Positions 10,101-17,952 are shown, counted from the first letter of the stretch. The stretch is 64,000 nucleotides of DNA from Hyalangium minutum (GCF_000737315.1 NZ_JMCB01000006.1:434001-498000), one strand, 5' to 3'. Translations and numbers: made by a program. Notes: generated by a model not told the origin, from the sequence alone.

Positions 10101-10581
10101 GGACGCGCGACGGCCCGGTCACACTTGGCGAGAGAAAGCGGATGGGGCCCGGCGCATATCGGCGGGCGACCGCTCCGGCATCCTCGCCCAAGCGGAGCTC
10201 TCCAAAGAACTCGGGGGCCGAGAGGCCAGCCACGGCACAGCTCTCGGAGAGCGTGCGAGCCTCCCCCAAGCCTTTGAGGACCGCGTTGACATGCCGAGGA
10301 AGGGCCGTGAGTGTGAGCCGAACCATGCGGTACTCGCCAGCCGTGGCGCTCCCAGGCTCCAGCTTCTTCCAGTCGGGTTTGGTTGCGGCCCAATGGCCCG
10401 TCACCTCCCCGGGTGACGGGACGACCCAGCCGTAGAGCAGTCGCGTCTCGCTGCCGGTAGGCAGGTGCAGTTCGAGCAGCCACAGGCTCAGCTGCGCGAG
10501 GGTGCCGGAGCTGTCGGAGGCCAGGGCACGAAAGCGCGCGTCGTCGGCGAGGAGAGCGAGGTGTTGGGCAAAGGGATTCAT
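7132..10581 (-). CDS. VPA1262-like protein with PLD-superfamily nuclease-like domain
   Basis: 1149 aa; N-terminal LWLLEL...RLLYGWVVP recalls the VPA1262 N-domain (from memory); central IVDPFF ... FHDRYILV ... GFVLSNSLQG is a PLD-like HxR/K nuclease signature; long helical C-terminus. Confidence 0.62.
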   Translation of the reverse strand: MNPFAQHLALLADDARFRALASDSSGTLAQLSLWLLELHLPTGSETRLLYGWVVPSPGEVTGHWAATKPDWKKLEPGSATAGEYRMVRLTLTALPRHVNAVLKGLGEARTLSESCAVAGLSAPEFFGELRLGEDAGAVARRYAPGPIRFLSPSVTGPSRVRTRQPLTSPSSSSPVRSCAVTDARKIELWVKQRGPGSPPPGARPTRDTLPGADDLARGCLEYLESETGLVFTGADAKRLGDIEWICPSATDVFENKFVTVRTRRERDEDDEIIAKAVQVSVHPGPLPTGTRLLARCRLYYGEEVAHDECRHTSVGGPLLEFPCTSELTRILVTIWYLDKNDNAHIWFESDSPLIREMSMGMGVSGLKGHLETPWTQSMERAHKQVKERAAKVRAIDQVSYRISSTGKRSSRELAEQAASALAARLFPERSEARFFPKGWDKQEGPGLLGFVEWFRELTDDASATAFVIVDPFFDDVGIYEFLGRARGTQAEYVVLTNTQVPSKDDESPKGEPKKKPRRERIPETCKNLLGVLAQLRLTVLDLQSKGNNRDELFHDRYILVYGDEAQLVKGFVLSNSLQGATRNAPLLVVPIPPDTLESVGEYIAALRAADPQVVPNAQLVTLFASGAERKGRLQQPGPKGVPDAALFFSRLLGDPALEGLDEMRLRTSLEAAHLLVNGRYEPSPAALQVLDPFIEQMITADEATFLRLWMALSSWRAELQGERRAFEEELARRMPRLASRLEQLLASAPWRDAPFGTKGVALDPGAIGLGHLFFRPYAQVLDDAQSLDSYRFRYYGEQNRSVRSAVNDLAEVAPERLVGVVEQVAVRLPPEAQRHSNDPAHVAAMHVLLPALGAIVDALHDDNGGALTSRMFRSSIPFMRALATARVAHAATVSDALQQLQQLELTERLVALAEMTSELRVQANRNDFQETEDVRTVRMQLFDALIALWPPSPEGAQQLPLVSRLGGPGEAGWALSTTQELLAPLVTAGKLTWDDVLKHWGTLLETRLKSLIGTEPRSYMFNQHEDPDLSEAVAWSLVRATREAREAQLKAIRAVVDKARRQLAVPFARSRDYTRWSGARDELEWVWATAGLILLAGSAELPAAELEPWRELLQLIQPLLERAPKGHTVALQEFRNEVSEQLGRATSLP

Positions 10582-10595
10582 GGTTCTCCGCTTCT

Positions 10596-11183
10596 CTAGA
10601 GGCCGTTGCGGGAGGGAGCCAGTTCCGTCCTGACGAGTTCGATGCGCATGATGGCCGCCGAATTGCGGACACAGAGATGAATATGCGAATGCGAGGTGTG
10701 TCCGGACTCGGGGTAGAGCGAGTTGCCCTCAAGATAGATTCCACGCAGGGTGTCGACCGGACGATCAAGCCCATCGCAGAGCAGATTGAAGACCAAGCAG
10801 TCGAGAGTACGCCTCTTCCCACGATTGGTGGGGGTGGGCTCTCCGCGCGCCTGGTACTCCCGCTCGATCTCCGCATAGGCCGCTTTAAGGAGCGAGTCGA
10901 AGTCCTGGCTTGGCAGGTTCACGCACGTGCCGAGCCGAATGGAGGCTTTCACCACGCCAATGGCCTCACCGGGAAACCGATCGTACGCCCACTGAATGGC
11001 CCGCTTTTGCGACTCCTCCCAGAAGTAGATGCCGTCGCCTAACCAGTCGTAGGGATTACGGCTCGGATGCATCTGCTGCTCGGCCACGATGAGATGCGCC
11101 TGCTCGGCCCGTGTGCCGTGGTAGCCGATGACGATGCGGTCCGGGTCCTGCTCCGGACTCTCTGGAAATGCGAAGAGCGGCAT
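10596..11183 (-). CDS. ADP-ribosyltransferase-fold protein (YHGT / DWLG.GIYFW family)
   Basis: VIGYHGT, SRNPYDWLGDGIYFWE, D.LRG.Y.EG..LYP, HIHLCVRN; ends 14 bp before the next gene, which has a GGAG RBS. Confidence 0.68.
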   Translation of the reverse strand: MPLFAFPESPEQDPDRIVIGYHGTRAEQAHLIVAEQQMHPSRNPYDWLGDGIYFWEESQKRAIQWAYDRFPGEAIGVVKASIRLGTCVNLPSQDFDSLLKAAYAEIEREYQARGEPTPTNRGKRRTLDCLVFNLLCDGLDRPVDTLRGIYLEGNSLYPESGHTSHSHIHLCVRNSAAIMRIELVRTELAPSRNGL

Positions 11184-11262
11184 GGGGACGGTGAAGGAGA
11201 GCGGATAGCACCTTCAATAACCCACCGCTTACCCCTCAGCGCTCTCTAGCGATAGAGGTACC

Positions 11263-11330
11263 GGCCATTGAAGGAGTGCGCCCTCGCAGGTTCAGGGCCC
11301 CCCTCCTACACGGGTTCAAGTCCCGTGGCC
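11263..11330 (+). ncRNA. Candidate tRNA-like structured element (T-arm plus acceptor-like stem)
   Basis: ACGGG-TTCAAGT-CCCGT is a perfect T-arm; GGCCA/TGGCC closes the element; long internal hairpin TGAAGGAG..GCCCT/AGGGC..CTCCTACA; no canonical D arm. Confidence 0.3.
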
Positions 11331-11418
11331 AAGCCCTAGGCCCGAGGGCGCGACAGCCCCCCTCTGTACGCTGCCCCTCGGAGCCACCGAGGTACGCACG
11401 GCTCCTGAGGAGGCACTC

Positions 11419-12795
11419 TTGAGCTCCGTGTACGCCTTCACCCAGGCCGGCACCACGACGGCCCTCACCGTGGGAGGCGAGGCCCTCTCCTTCCACGAGC
11501 TGCGGCGCGAAGTCGAGGCACGCAAGCAGCGCCTATCGGGCCTGCCACCAGGGATCGCCATCCTCCGGGCGAACCGAAGCTGGAAGTTCATCGCCAACTT
11601 CCTCGCCTTGTACGAGGCGGGCCTCCCTCAGGCGGTCTTCGCTCCTGAGTGGACCCCCTCGGAGGCGGAGATGCGCCGGCGGACGCTCGGGTGCTGCTTC
11701 GAGCTGGATGAGGACCTGGGCGCCAGCTGGCAGAGCGCGTCATCCTCGCCTCAGCACCACCCGGACACCTCACTGGTGCTGTTCACGTCGGGCAGCACGG
11801 GGGCTCCTCGTGCCGTGCAGCTCTCTCGCTGGAACATCGAGGCGAATGTCGCTGCCGTCCTGAAGTCCTTGGACTTCTCCACGGCGCGCACGCAGACCCT
11901 GTTCCTCCCGCTCTCATACTCCTTTGGGCTGCTGGGCCAGCTCCTGCCCGCGCTGGCGATAGGCCTGCACACGGAGCTACTCGGCAACCTCGTGGAACTC
12001 AAGGCCCGGCTCGAAGAGGCACGGCCCATCGGCATGATCAGCGGCGTGCCCTCACACTATGAAGCGCTGCTGCGCCTGCTCGGGTCCGGGTCCACGCTGG
12101 GAAAGGGTGTCACCCACGTGGTCTCAGCGGGCGCGGCGATGCCCCTGCCCCTGCGTCAGCGCCTGCTCCAGGCGTTCCCTTCGAGCCGCATCTACACGAA
12201 CTACGGCCAGACGGAGCTGTCCCCGCGAGTCCTCTGCCTGCGCAGCGACCACCCGGCCTTCTTGAGCAGCGCCACGGGCTTTCCCGTGGGCAATCTCTCC
12301 GTGAAGCTCACCGCCCAGGGAGAGCTGTGCGTGCGCGGGGATCAAGTGATGCTGGGCTACCTCGGTGCTTCCGAGGCCACGCGCGAGAAGGTCCAGGACG
12401 GCTGGCTCCATACCGGGGACGTGGCGGAGCTGAGTCCCGATGGACTGGTGACAATCCTGGGGCGCAACGACGAGCTGCTCAAGGTGGGCGGCGAGCGCCT
12501 GAGTCCCTTCGAGATCGAGGCGGCCCTGCGCGAACTCCCGGGCGTCGAGGAGGCCGCCGTGTGGGGACGGGAGGACCCGCTGTACGGGACCACCCTCACG
12601 GCCTTCCTGCAGTTCCGCTCGGGAGCACCCTGCCCTCCCAAGCGCGAGCTGCGCCAGGCGCTGCGTGAGCGCCTGTCCGTGCACAAGGTCCCGGCCGACT
12701 TCTACCGGGTGAGCCAGCTTCCCAGGACGGCGAACGGGAAGCTGCAGCGCCACCGGCTCGCGGAGTGCGTGCGGCCCGAGCACCGCATCGACTGA
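11419..12795 (+). CDS. AMP-dependent acyl-CoA/acyl-ACP synthetase (ANL superfamily)
   Basis: LFTSGSTGAP (P-loop), YGQTE, TGD, R..ELLKVGGERLSP, PRTANGKLQR; TTG start after GAGGAGG. Confidence 0.9.
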   Translation: MSSVYAFTQAGTTTALTVGGEALSFHELRREVEARKQRLSGLPPGIAILRANRSWKFIANFLALYEAGLPQAVFAPEWTPSEAEMRRRTLGCCFELDEDLGASWQSASSSPQHHPDTSLVLFTSGSTGAPRAVQLSRWNIEANVAAVLKSLDFSTARTQTLFLPLSYSFGLLGQLLPALAIGLHTELLGNLVELKARLEEARPIGMISGVPSHYEALLRLLGSGSTLGKGVTHVVSAGAAMPLPLRQRLLQAFPSSRIYTNYGQTELSPRVLCLRSDHPAFLSSATGFPVGNLSVKLTAQGELCVRGDQVMLGYLGASEATREKVQDGWLHTGDVAELSPDGLVTILGRNDELLKVGGERLSPFEIEAALRELPGVEEAAVWGREDPLYGTTLTAFLQFRSGAPCPPKRELRQALRERLSVHKVPADFYRVSQLPRTANGKLQRHRLAECVRPEHRID

Positions 12796-12796
12796 G

Positions 12797-13807
12797 CTAC
12801 AGGCTTCGGAGGAGCGCGCAAGCCGAGGCCCCCCCCGCCCCGGCCGAGATGAGCAGGATGCGCTGCCCAGGCTGGAGCGGCAGCTTCTCCTTGAGGTGCG
12901 CCAGCGCGATGCCCACGCTGGCCCCCGAGGTGTTGCCGGTGAACTGCACGGTCTCCACCACCTTGGCCCGGTCCGCGCCCAGCTTGTCCGTCATGGTCCG
13001 GATGAGGTGCAGGTTGGCCTGGTGGGGCACGAACCAGTCCACGTCGGCCAGCGTCAGCTCCAGGCGGCGCAGGAGCCTGGCCGCCGCAGTGGACATGTTG
13101 TCCACGCCCTTCATGAACAGCGTGGCCCCGTGCTCCATCTTGAGGAACACCTTCGCCGGGTCGGTGTTCTGGTGGTGGGGCAGCCGGGAACCGCCCGCGC
13201 GGATGGCGATGATGTCCGCCATGGAGGCATCCGCTGCCAGCTCGCTCGCGATGAGCTGGAAGTCCGCCTGCTCGCGGTTCCGAGAGACCAGACAGCTCGC
13301 GGCACCGTCTCCAAACAGCGCGGTGGTCGCCAGATCCTCCTTGTTCAGAAACTTGGAGCGGATGTCCGCAGCGATGACAAGTTGATCCGTGTCCGAAGCC
13401 TGCGCGAGCCCCGCCGCGACATGCACCGCACTGGTGAAGCCCGCACAGGCGGCGCTCAAGTCGAGCACGCCCACTCCATCCAGCCCGAGCTTGGGGAGAA
13501 TCAACGGAGAGCTGGGAGGCGTGGGGAAGTCGCCGGAGACGGTGGCCAGCAGCAGCTGGGTGATGCGCTTCCGGTCGATGCGGTAGTCCTCCAGCAGGCG
13601 CGTGGCTGCGGCCGCGGCGATGTCGCTGCAGGCCTGGCTGTCCTCGACCCAGTGCCGTTGCTCGACGCCGGTGCGGTGAGTGATCCAGCTAGGACGCGCG
13701 CGCGTGCCCATCCAGTCGAGCACGTCCTGGTTGGTAACGACGCGCTCGGGAAGCCAGGCCTTGGGCCCGAGCAGGTACACCGGCTCCGCAGGTCTCATGA
13801 AGCTCAT
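12797..13807 (-). CDS. FabH-like 3-oxoacyl-ACP synthase III (copy 2)
   Basis: TGVEQRH, LSAACAGF (Cys), FVPHQAN (His), TGNTSGAS (Asn); ATG 13807 overlaps the SDR stop (ATGA). Confidence 0.9.
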   Translation of the reverse strand: MSFMRPAEPVYLLGPKAWLPERVVTNQDVLDWMGTRARPSWITHRTGVEQRHWVEDSQACSDIAAAAATRLLEDYRIDRKRITQLLLATVSGDFPTPPSSPLILPKLGLDGVGVLDLSAACAGFTSAVHVAAGLAQASDTDQLVIAADIRSKFLNKEDLATTALFGDGAASCLVSRNREQADFQLIASELAADASMADIIAIRAGGSRLPHHQNTDPAKVFLKMEHGATLFMKGVDNMSTAAARLLRRLELTLADVDWFVPHQANLHLIRTMTDKLGADRAKVVETVQFTGNTSGASVGIALAHLKEKLPLQPGQRILLISAGAGGASACALLRSL

Positions 13808-14559
13808 GGACGCAACACTCCTTCCATCCGGAACATCGGCAGACCACCTGTGACGTCGAGCACTGCTCCATTGATGTACTGGTGCGCGGATAGCAGGGGA
13901 TCGAGCACCTCGCCCACGTGCTCGGGCTCGCCCAGCGTGCCTTGGGGGATGACTCCGCCCATCCGCTCCACGTAGTTCGGCCGGGACCAGTACTTCTTCG
14001 TCCGCGTCGTCTTGTAGATGCCCAGCCGGACGGTGTTGGACAGGATGTTGAGCGCGCCGTAGTCCACCGCGAGGTTGCGCACCAACCCCTCCAGCGCGGA
14101 CTTGCACAGCACGTAGGCGCCGTAGCGCCCAGTCCCGTTGACCGTCGAGACGCTGGAGATGAAGACGATGCGCCCGTACCGAGCCTCCACCATGGACGGC
14201 AGCACGCGGCGCAGCAGCCAGAGGTTCCCCATCAAGTTGGCCTGGACGTCCGCCTCGAGCGCCTCTTGAGGCAGCTCGTGGAAGCGGTGCAGCGGTGGCC
14301 GCCGCGTCCACGCGTTCAGCACGAGCCCCTGGAGCCCTCCCGCGAGCACCGGGGCCAGGGCCGGCTCGCTCACAGCCGGAGCAGACAGGTCCAGCACCAG
14401 GCCACGAGGCTCCAGCCCCTCCGCCTTGTACCGGGCCAACGTCTCGGCAAGAGACTCCTCGGAGGAGGCCGTAACGAACACCTCATCACCCAGCGAGAGC
14501 CGGCGGCGCACGATGGAGCGGCCAATGTCCGAGCCGCCGCCCGTGACGAGTACCCTCAT
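13804..14559 (-). CDS. SDR-family oxidoreductase (FabG-like ketoreductase)
   Basis: VLVTGGGSDIG, IVFISS, YVLCK (YxxxK); ATGA-coupled to the ACP gene. Confidence 0.9.
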   Translation of the reverse strand: MRVLVTGGGSDIGRSIVRRRLSLGDEVFVTASSEESLAETLARYKAEGLEPRGLVLDLSAPAVSEPALAPVLAGGLQGLVLNAWTRRPPLHRFHELPQEALEADVQANLMGNLWLLRRVLPSMVEARYGRIVFISSVSTVNGTGRYGAYVLCKSALEGLVRNLAVDYGALNILSNTVRLGIYKTTRTKKYWSRPNYVERMGGVIPQGTLGEPEHVGEVLDPLLSAHQYINGAVLDVTGGLPMFRMEGVLRP

Positions 14560-14816
14560 GACGCGCCCAGCCTCCGCATCCAGCCTGCCAGCGCATCGAG
14601 GTCCCGGAAGTACTCCTCGGAGAACTCGTGGCCGGAGATGCGCAGCGAGAACTCCTTCTCCAAAGCCGCCACGGAGAGCACCATCATCAGGCTGTCCATC
14701 CCATACAAGGACAGCTCCTCGGACGGGCTGGTCGGCAGCTCCGCCATGCCCGCAGCGCGCAGCGCCTTGCTGATCCGCTCGAACAGTTCCATCGCTTGCT
14801 CCACCCTTTCCGTCAT
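14556..14816 (-). CDS. Acyl carrier protein
   Basis: 86 aa, acidic; LYGMDSLMMV phosphopantetheine motif; LEKEFSLRI. Confidence 0.9.
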   Translation of the reverse strand: MTERVEQAMELFERISKALRAAGMAELPTSPSEELSLYGMDSLMMVLSVAALEKEFSLRISGHEFSEEYFRDLDALAGWMRRLGAS

Positions 14817-14835
14817 CCCAGTCTCCGGCCGTGGC

Positions 14836-15885
14836 TCAGCACTTCACCCAGTGCTGCATGGCGTAGGACAGGCCGCCGCCCACGCTCATCAGCAGCACCT
14901 CGTCTCCAGGCTCGAACAGGCCCTGCTCCAGCGCCTCGGACAGCGAGAACAGGACGGAAGCGCCGCCGATGTTGCCGAAGCGGTCCGCGCTCCAGACGAG
15001 GCGCCCCGTCAGACCGCTCTCCTGGCAGACCTGCTCGATGAGCTTCCGGTTGATCTGGTGGGCCACCACCCAGCGGATGCGCTCCAGGCCGCGCCCCTCG
15101 GGGAACAGCGCCCGCAGCATCTCCTTGTAGCGCCGCAGGGCCTCCTCCCGGAGCCGCGTGCCATCCCCCGCCATGAAGTAGCCGCCCTGCGCCAGCGTCT
15201 CCCTGTCCGGAGGCAGCTTCCCCGGCGTGGTGTACAGGTCCACCAGCATGCCGTCGGTGGCGTAGAGGCACTGGCGGATCTCGAAGTCGGGCGAGGCATC
15301 CTCTCGCCGCAGCCACAGCGCCGCGCCTCCGTCCGCGAGGATGAACCAGGTCTCCTTGAGCTCCGGGTTCATCACCTTGGAGAGCGTCTCCGCGCAGCTC
15401 ACCATCACGTTGCGGTAGCCGCTGCCCAGCAGCGCCACCGCCAGATGCAGGCTGGCCAGCGAGGTGGAGCAGCCCGCCTTCAGCTCCCAAGCAGAAGCAT
15501 GGCTGTCCAACCGTCCCAGGATGGCCGCAGCCTGCGAGCCCGTGTAGCGGCTCGTGGTCGTCGTGCCATGGATGAAGGCCTGCACCTCGGAGCCACCACT
15601 CACCCCGAGCGCCTGCCGCACAGCCTTCAGCGACAGCAGCTCACTGGTCTCCTCGCTCGGCGGAGGGGCCGCTCCATCAAAGCGAGGCATCCGCGCGAGG
15701 TACCGCTGGCTGAAGCCCAGCCGCGACGCCAGCTTCCGGCCGAGGGCCTCCAGCGCCTCGGGGGACCGCCCCTGCTGCTCGGGATCCAAAGCGAGCAGCT
15801 CGGCGTTGGACACGGGCCGCTCTCCGGGCCAGGAGCGTCCATGCCCCAGCACCTTCACGCCCAGGCGTGGCTCGAGAACGATCAC
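14836..15885 (-). CDS. FabH-like 3-oxoacyl-ACP synthase III (copy 1)
   Basis: LKAGCSTS (Cys), VVAHQIN (His), FGNIGGAS (Asn), MSVGGG; GTG at 15885 overlaps the upstream stop (GTGA). Confidence 0.88.
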   Translation of the reverse strand: MIVLEPRLGVKVLGHGRSWPGERPVSNAELLALDPEQQGRSPEALEALGRKLASRLGFSQRYLARMPRFDGAAPPPSEETSELLSLKAVRQALGVSGGSEVQAFIHGTTTTSRYTGSQAAAILGRLDSHASAWELKAGCSTSLASLHLAVALLGSGYRNVMVSCAETLSKVMNPELKETWFILADGGAALWLRREDASPDFEIRQCLYATDGMLVDLYTTPGKLPPDRETLAQGGYFMAGDGTRLREEALRRYKEMLRALFPEGRGLERIRWVVAHQINRKLIEQVCQESGLTGRLVWSADRFGNIGGASVLFSLSEALEQGLFEPGDEVLLMSVGGGLSYAMQHWVKC

Positions 15886-16685
15886 GGCGCACGCTCCTCG
15901 GGACGAGGCTCGGGACGGGGCTCGGGGGGCGGGGCCTCCTGCTTCCGAGCCGGGTTGAAGTGCTCCCACTCGAAGTTCTCGAGCCGCGAGTCCTCGGGCA
16001 GGGTGTCCTTCATGAGCCGGTTGTGCATGCCAATCCAGCTCCGCGAGCCGATCGTCGTCCGGGGACCGACCAGGGTGCCGGTGCCCAGGAAGACGTTGTC
16101 GCCAATGTCCACGGTCCCCAGCATCACCTTGTCCCCGAGGAACATGTGTCCGAGGACGAAGACGTTGGCGCCCATCGTGCAGCCCTTACCGATGCGCAGC
16201 AGCGGGTAGTCCGCCAGCAGCGCGAAGATGGACGAGTTCACCCCGTAGGCGATGCGCGCGCCCATGGCCCGCCAGTAGAGGTACTTGGTCAGGTAGAAGG
16301 TGAAGAAGAACGGCTGGAGCCCGGCAATGCGCACGGCATGCCCCAAGCACAGCGTCATGTACCAGGCGAGGTAGTCCCGGGACATCTCCATCTTGTACGT
16401 GCCCGGCCGCATGCGAGGGATGCACAGGCGGATGATCCAGCACGCCGCCAGGAACGCTCCGGCCAGCACCGCGGGCGCCAACATGGCCCACAGCACGAAG
16501 CCGAGCCGATCCCAGCTCCACCGCAGGTAGCTCACGAAGGCGGCCCACGCCGCCAGCCCAGGTGTCAGCGAGAAGCTCATCGTGATGAAGTCCACGAGGA
16601 GCACCCGCGTGAAGCCGAAGGCCTGGGACTGATGTTTGAACTTCTGCCGAGCGGTGCTCAGCGAAGCGGTCGCGCTGTCCGTCAT
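15882..16685 (-). CDS. Membrane-anchored left-handed beta-helix (hexapeptide repeat) acyltransferase-like protein
   Basis: Two or three hydrophobic segments followed by GARIAYG, IGKGCTMGANV, VDIGDNVFLGTGTLVGPRTTIG hexapeptide repeats. Confidence 0.75.
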   Translation of the reverse strand: MTDSATASLSTARQKFKHQSQAFGFTRVLLVDFITMSFSLTPGLAAWAAFVSYLRWSWDRLGFVLWAMLAPAVLAGAFLAACWIIRLCIPRMRPGTYKMEMSRDYLAWYMTLCLGHAVRIAGLQPFFFTFYLTKYLYWRAMGARIAYGVNSSIFALLADYPLLRIGKGCTMGANVFVLGHMFLGDKVMLGTVDIGDNVFLGTGTLVGPRTTIGSRSWIGMHNRLMKDTLPEDSRLENFEWEHFNPARKQEAPPPEPRPEPRPEERAP

Positions 16686-16707
16686 AGGTCCTCAGGGCCC
16701 TGCGGGC

Positions 16708-17880
16708 TCACGGCTCGGGGTTGACCTGGAAGAGGGGGAAGTAGGAGGCGACGCGGCCCTGCTCGAAGTCCCGCGCCAGTTGGGGCACCTCCTCCCAGGC
16801 GTAGACGCGCTCTCCAAGGATGGGGGGCATCCACCCGGCCTCCTCGGCAAAGCCCACCGCCGCGACGGCATCCGCGTAGCGCGCGTAGTGGGTGTTGATG
16901 TGCTGGTGGCGCAGCGTGCACTCGGTGGAGCGCGAGACGTTGATGAGCTCCGCCCCCAGCTTCCACCCGGCCGAGGTAATCACTCCCTGCCGCCCCAGCG
17001 CCTTGAGCGAGGCCTGCAACAGCGGCGCGCCGATGTGGTCCAGGAAGATGGAGACATCCTGGCTCCGCCCGGCCTCACGGACTCGCGTGAGGAACTGCTT
17101 CTCCGACTGCGTGTAGCGCTGCCGGTACGCGGCGTCCGCCTCGAAGCGGGCCGTGTCCAGCATGAGGTCCGGAAACTCCCGCCGATCGATGGGGATGATT
17201 CCCACGGACTCCAGGTGCTTCAGCCGCTCCTCCAGCGAGGCGACCATGGCCACCCGGCACCCGGCGTACTTGGCCAGCTGGAGCTGCGCATAGGAGACGC
17301 CTCCGCCCCAGCCCACCACGAAGGGGTTTGGACAATCCGCCTCGCTGACCTGGAGGCGGAAACAGCCATAGGCGAGCCTCCAGTTGGACCACGCGGTGAT
17401 GTACCGCAGCGAGAACGCCGCCCACTGCTTCAGCGAGTGGCGGCTGTGGGGCGGAAGAGGGATGAGCACGTGCTGGGGCAGCCGCGTCCGCCGGGCCAGC
17501 AAGCCCATGGTGCGGCTGGCGTCATACGCGAGCACCTTGACCGTGTAGCCGTGCGCGTCCGCCTCGGCGTTGCAGAACACCAGGCACCTGTCTCCGGGCC
17601 GCACACGGGTGACGGCGCTGCCCGTCTCCAGCACCTGCACCACGCCCGCGTTGCCGATGACCACTTTGTCCTCGCGACGCAGCCGGCAGATGTCCACGGG
17701 CACGCGCTGGAGGGCGTGCCCCATGTTGCCCTCCCAACAGCCATAGATGGGCGCTGCCAGCACCTCCTCCGGGCCCAGCTCTGGAATGGCGAAGGACTCG
17801 TGGACCAGCTCCGCCGGAACGGGCGGCCCTCCGCGCTGCCGCTCCCCCCGATGAAGAACCCAAGCCTGAGTCTCCAACAT
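16708..17880 (-). CDS. MDR-family zinc-independent reductase, enoyl reductase / crotonyl-CoA carboxylase-reductase-like
   Basis: PELGPEEVL, GNAGVVQVLETGSAVTRVRPGD, YITAW, GWGGGVSYAQLQLAK, LKALGRQGVI; MDR fold without Zn-binding cysteines; GGAGG RBS. Confidence 0.75.
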   Translation of the reverse strand: MLETQAWVLHRGERQRGGPPVPAELVHESFAIPELGPEEVLAAPIYGCWEGNMGHALQRVPVDICRLRREDKVVIGNAGVVQVLETGSAVTRVRPGDRCLVFCNAEADAHGYTVKVLAYDASRTMGLLARRTRLPQHVLIPLPPHSRHSLKQWAAFSLRYITAWSNWRLAYGCFRLQVSEADCPNPFVVGWGGGVSYAQLQLAKYAGCRVAMVASLEERLKHLESVGIIPIDRREFPDLMLDTARFEADAAYRQRYTQSEKQFLTRVREAGRSQDVSIFLDHIGAPLLQASLKALGRQGVITSAGWKLGAELINVSRSTECTLRHQHINTHYARYADAVAAVGFAEEAGWMPPILGERVYAWEEVPQLARDFEQGRVASYFPLFQVNPEP

Positions 17881-17938
17881 GGCGCCTCCTCCGCATTTTC
17901 GAGGTTTCCCGCGAATCCCAACCAGGCATGGATGTTCA

Positions 17939-17952
17939 TGAATCCTGATTCA
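17939..17952. promoter_or_regulatory. Inverted repeat upstream of the biosynthetic operon, possible operator
   Basis: TGAATC-CT-GATTCA perfect palindrome 59 bp upstream of the 17880 start. Confidence 0.3.

Noticed and set aside
11263-11335. Intact tRNA gene
   Set aside because: No D arm, 9-nt loop in the anticodon-like position, only 5 acceptor pairs, no CCA.
11280-11345. Pistol or twister ribozyme (AGGGC/GCCCT pairing, CAAGCCCTA)
   Set aside because: The P1 stem and conserved AAA linker of pistol, and the twister core, are missing.
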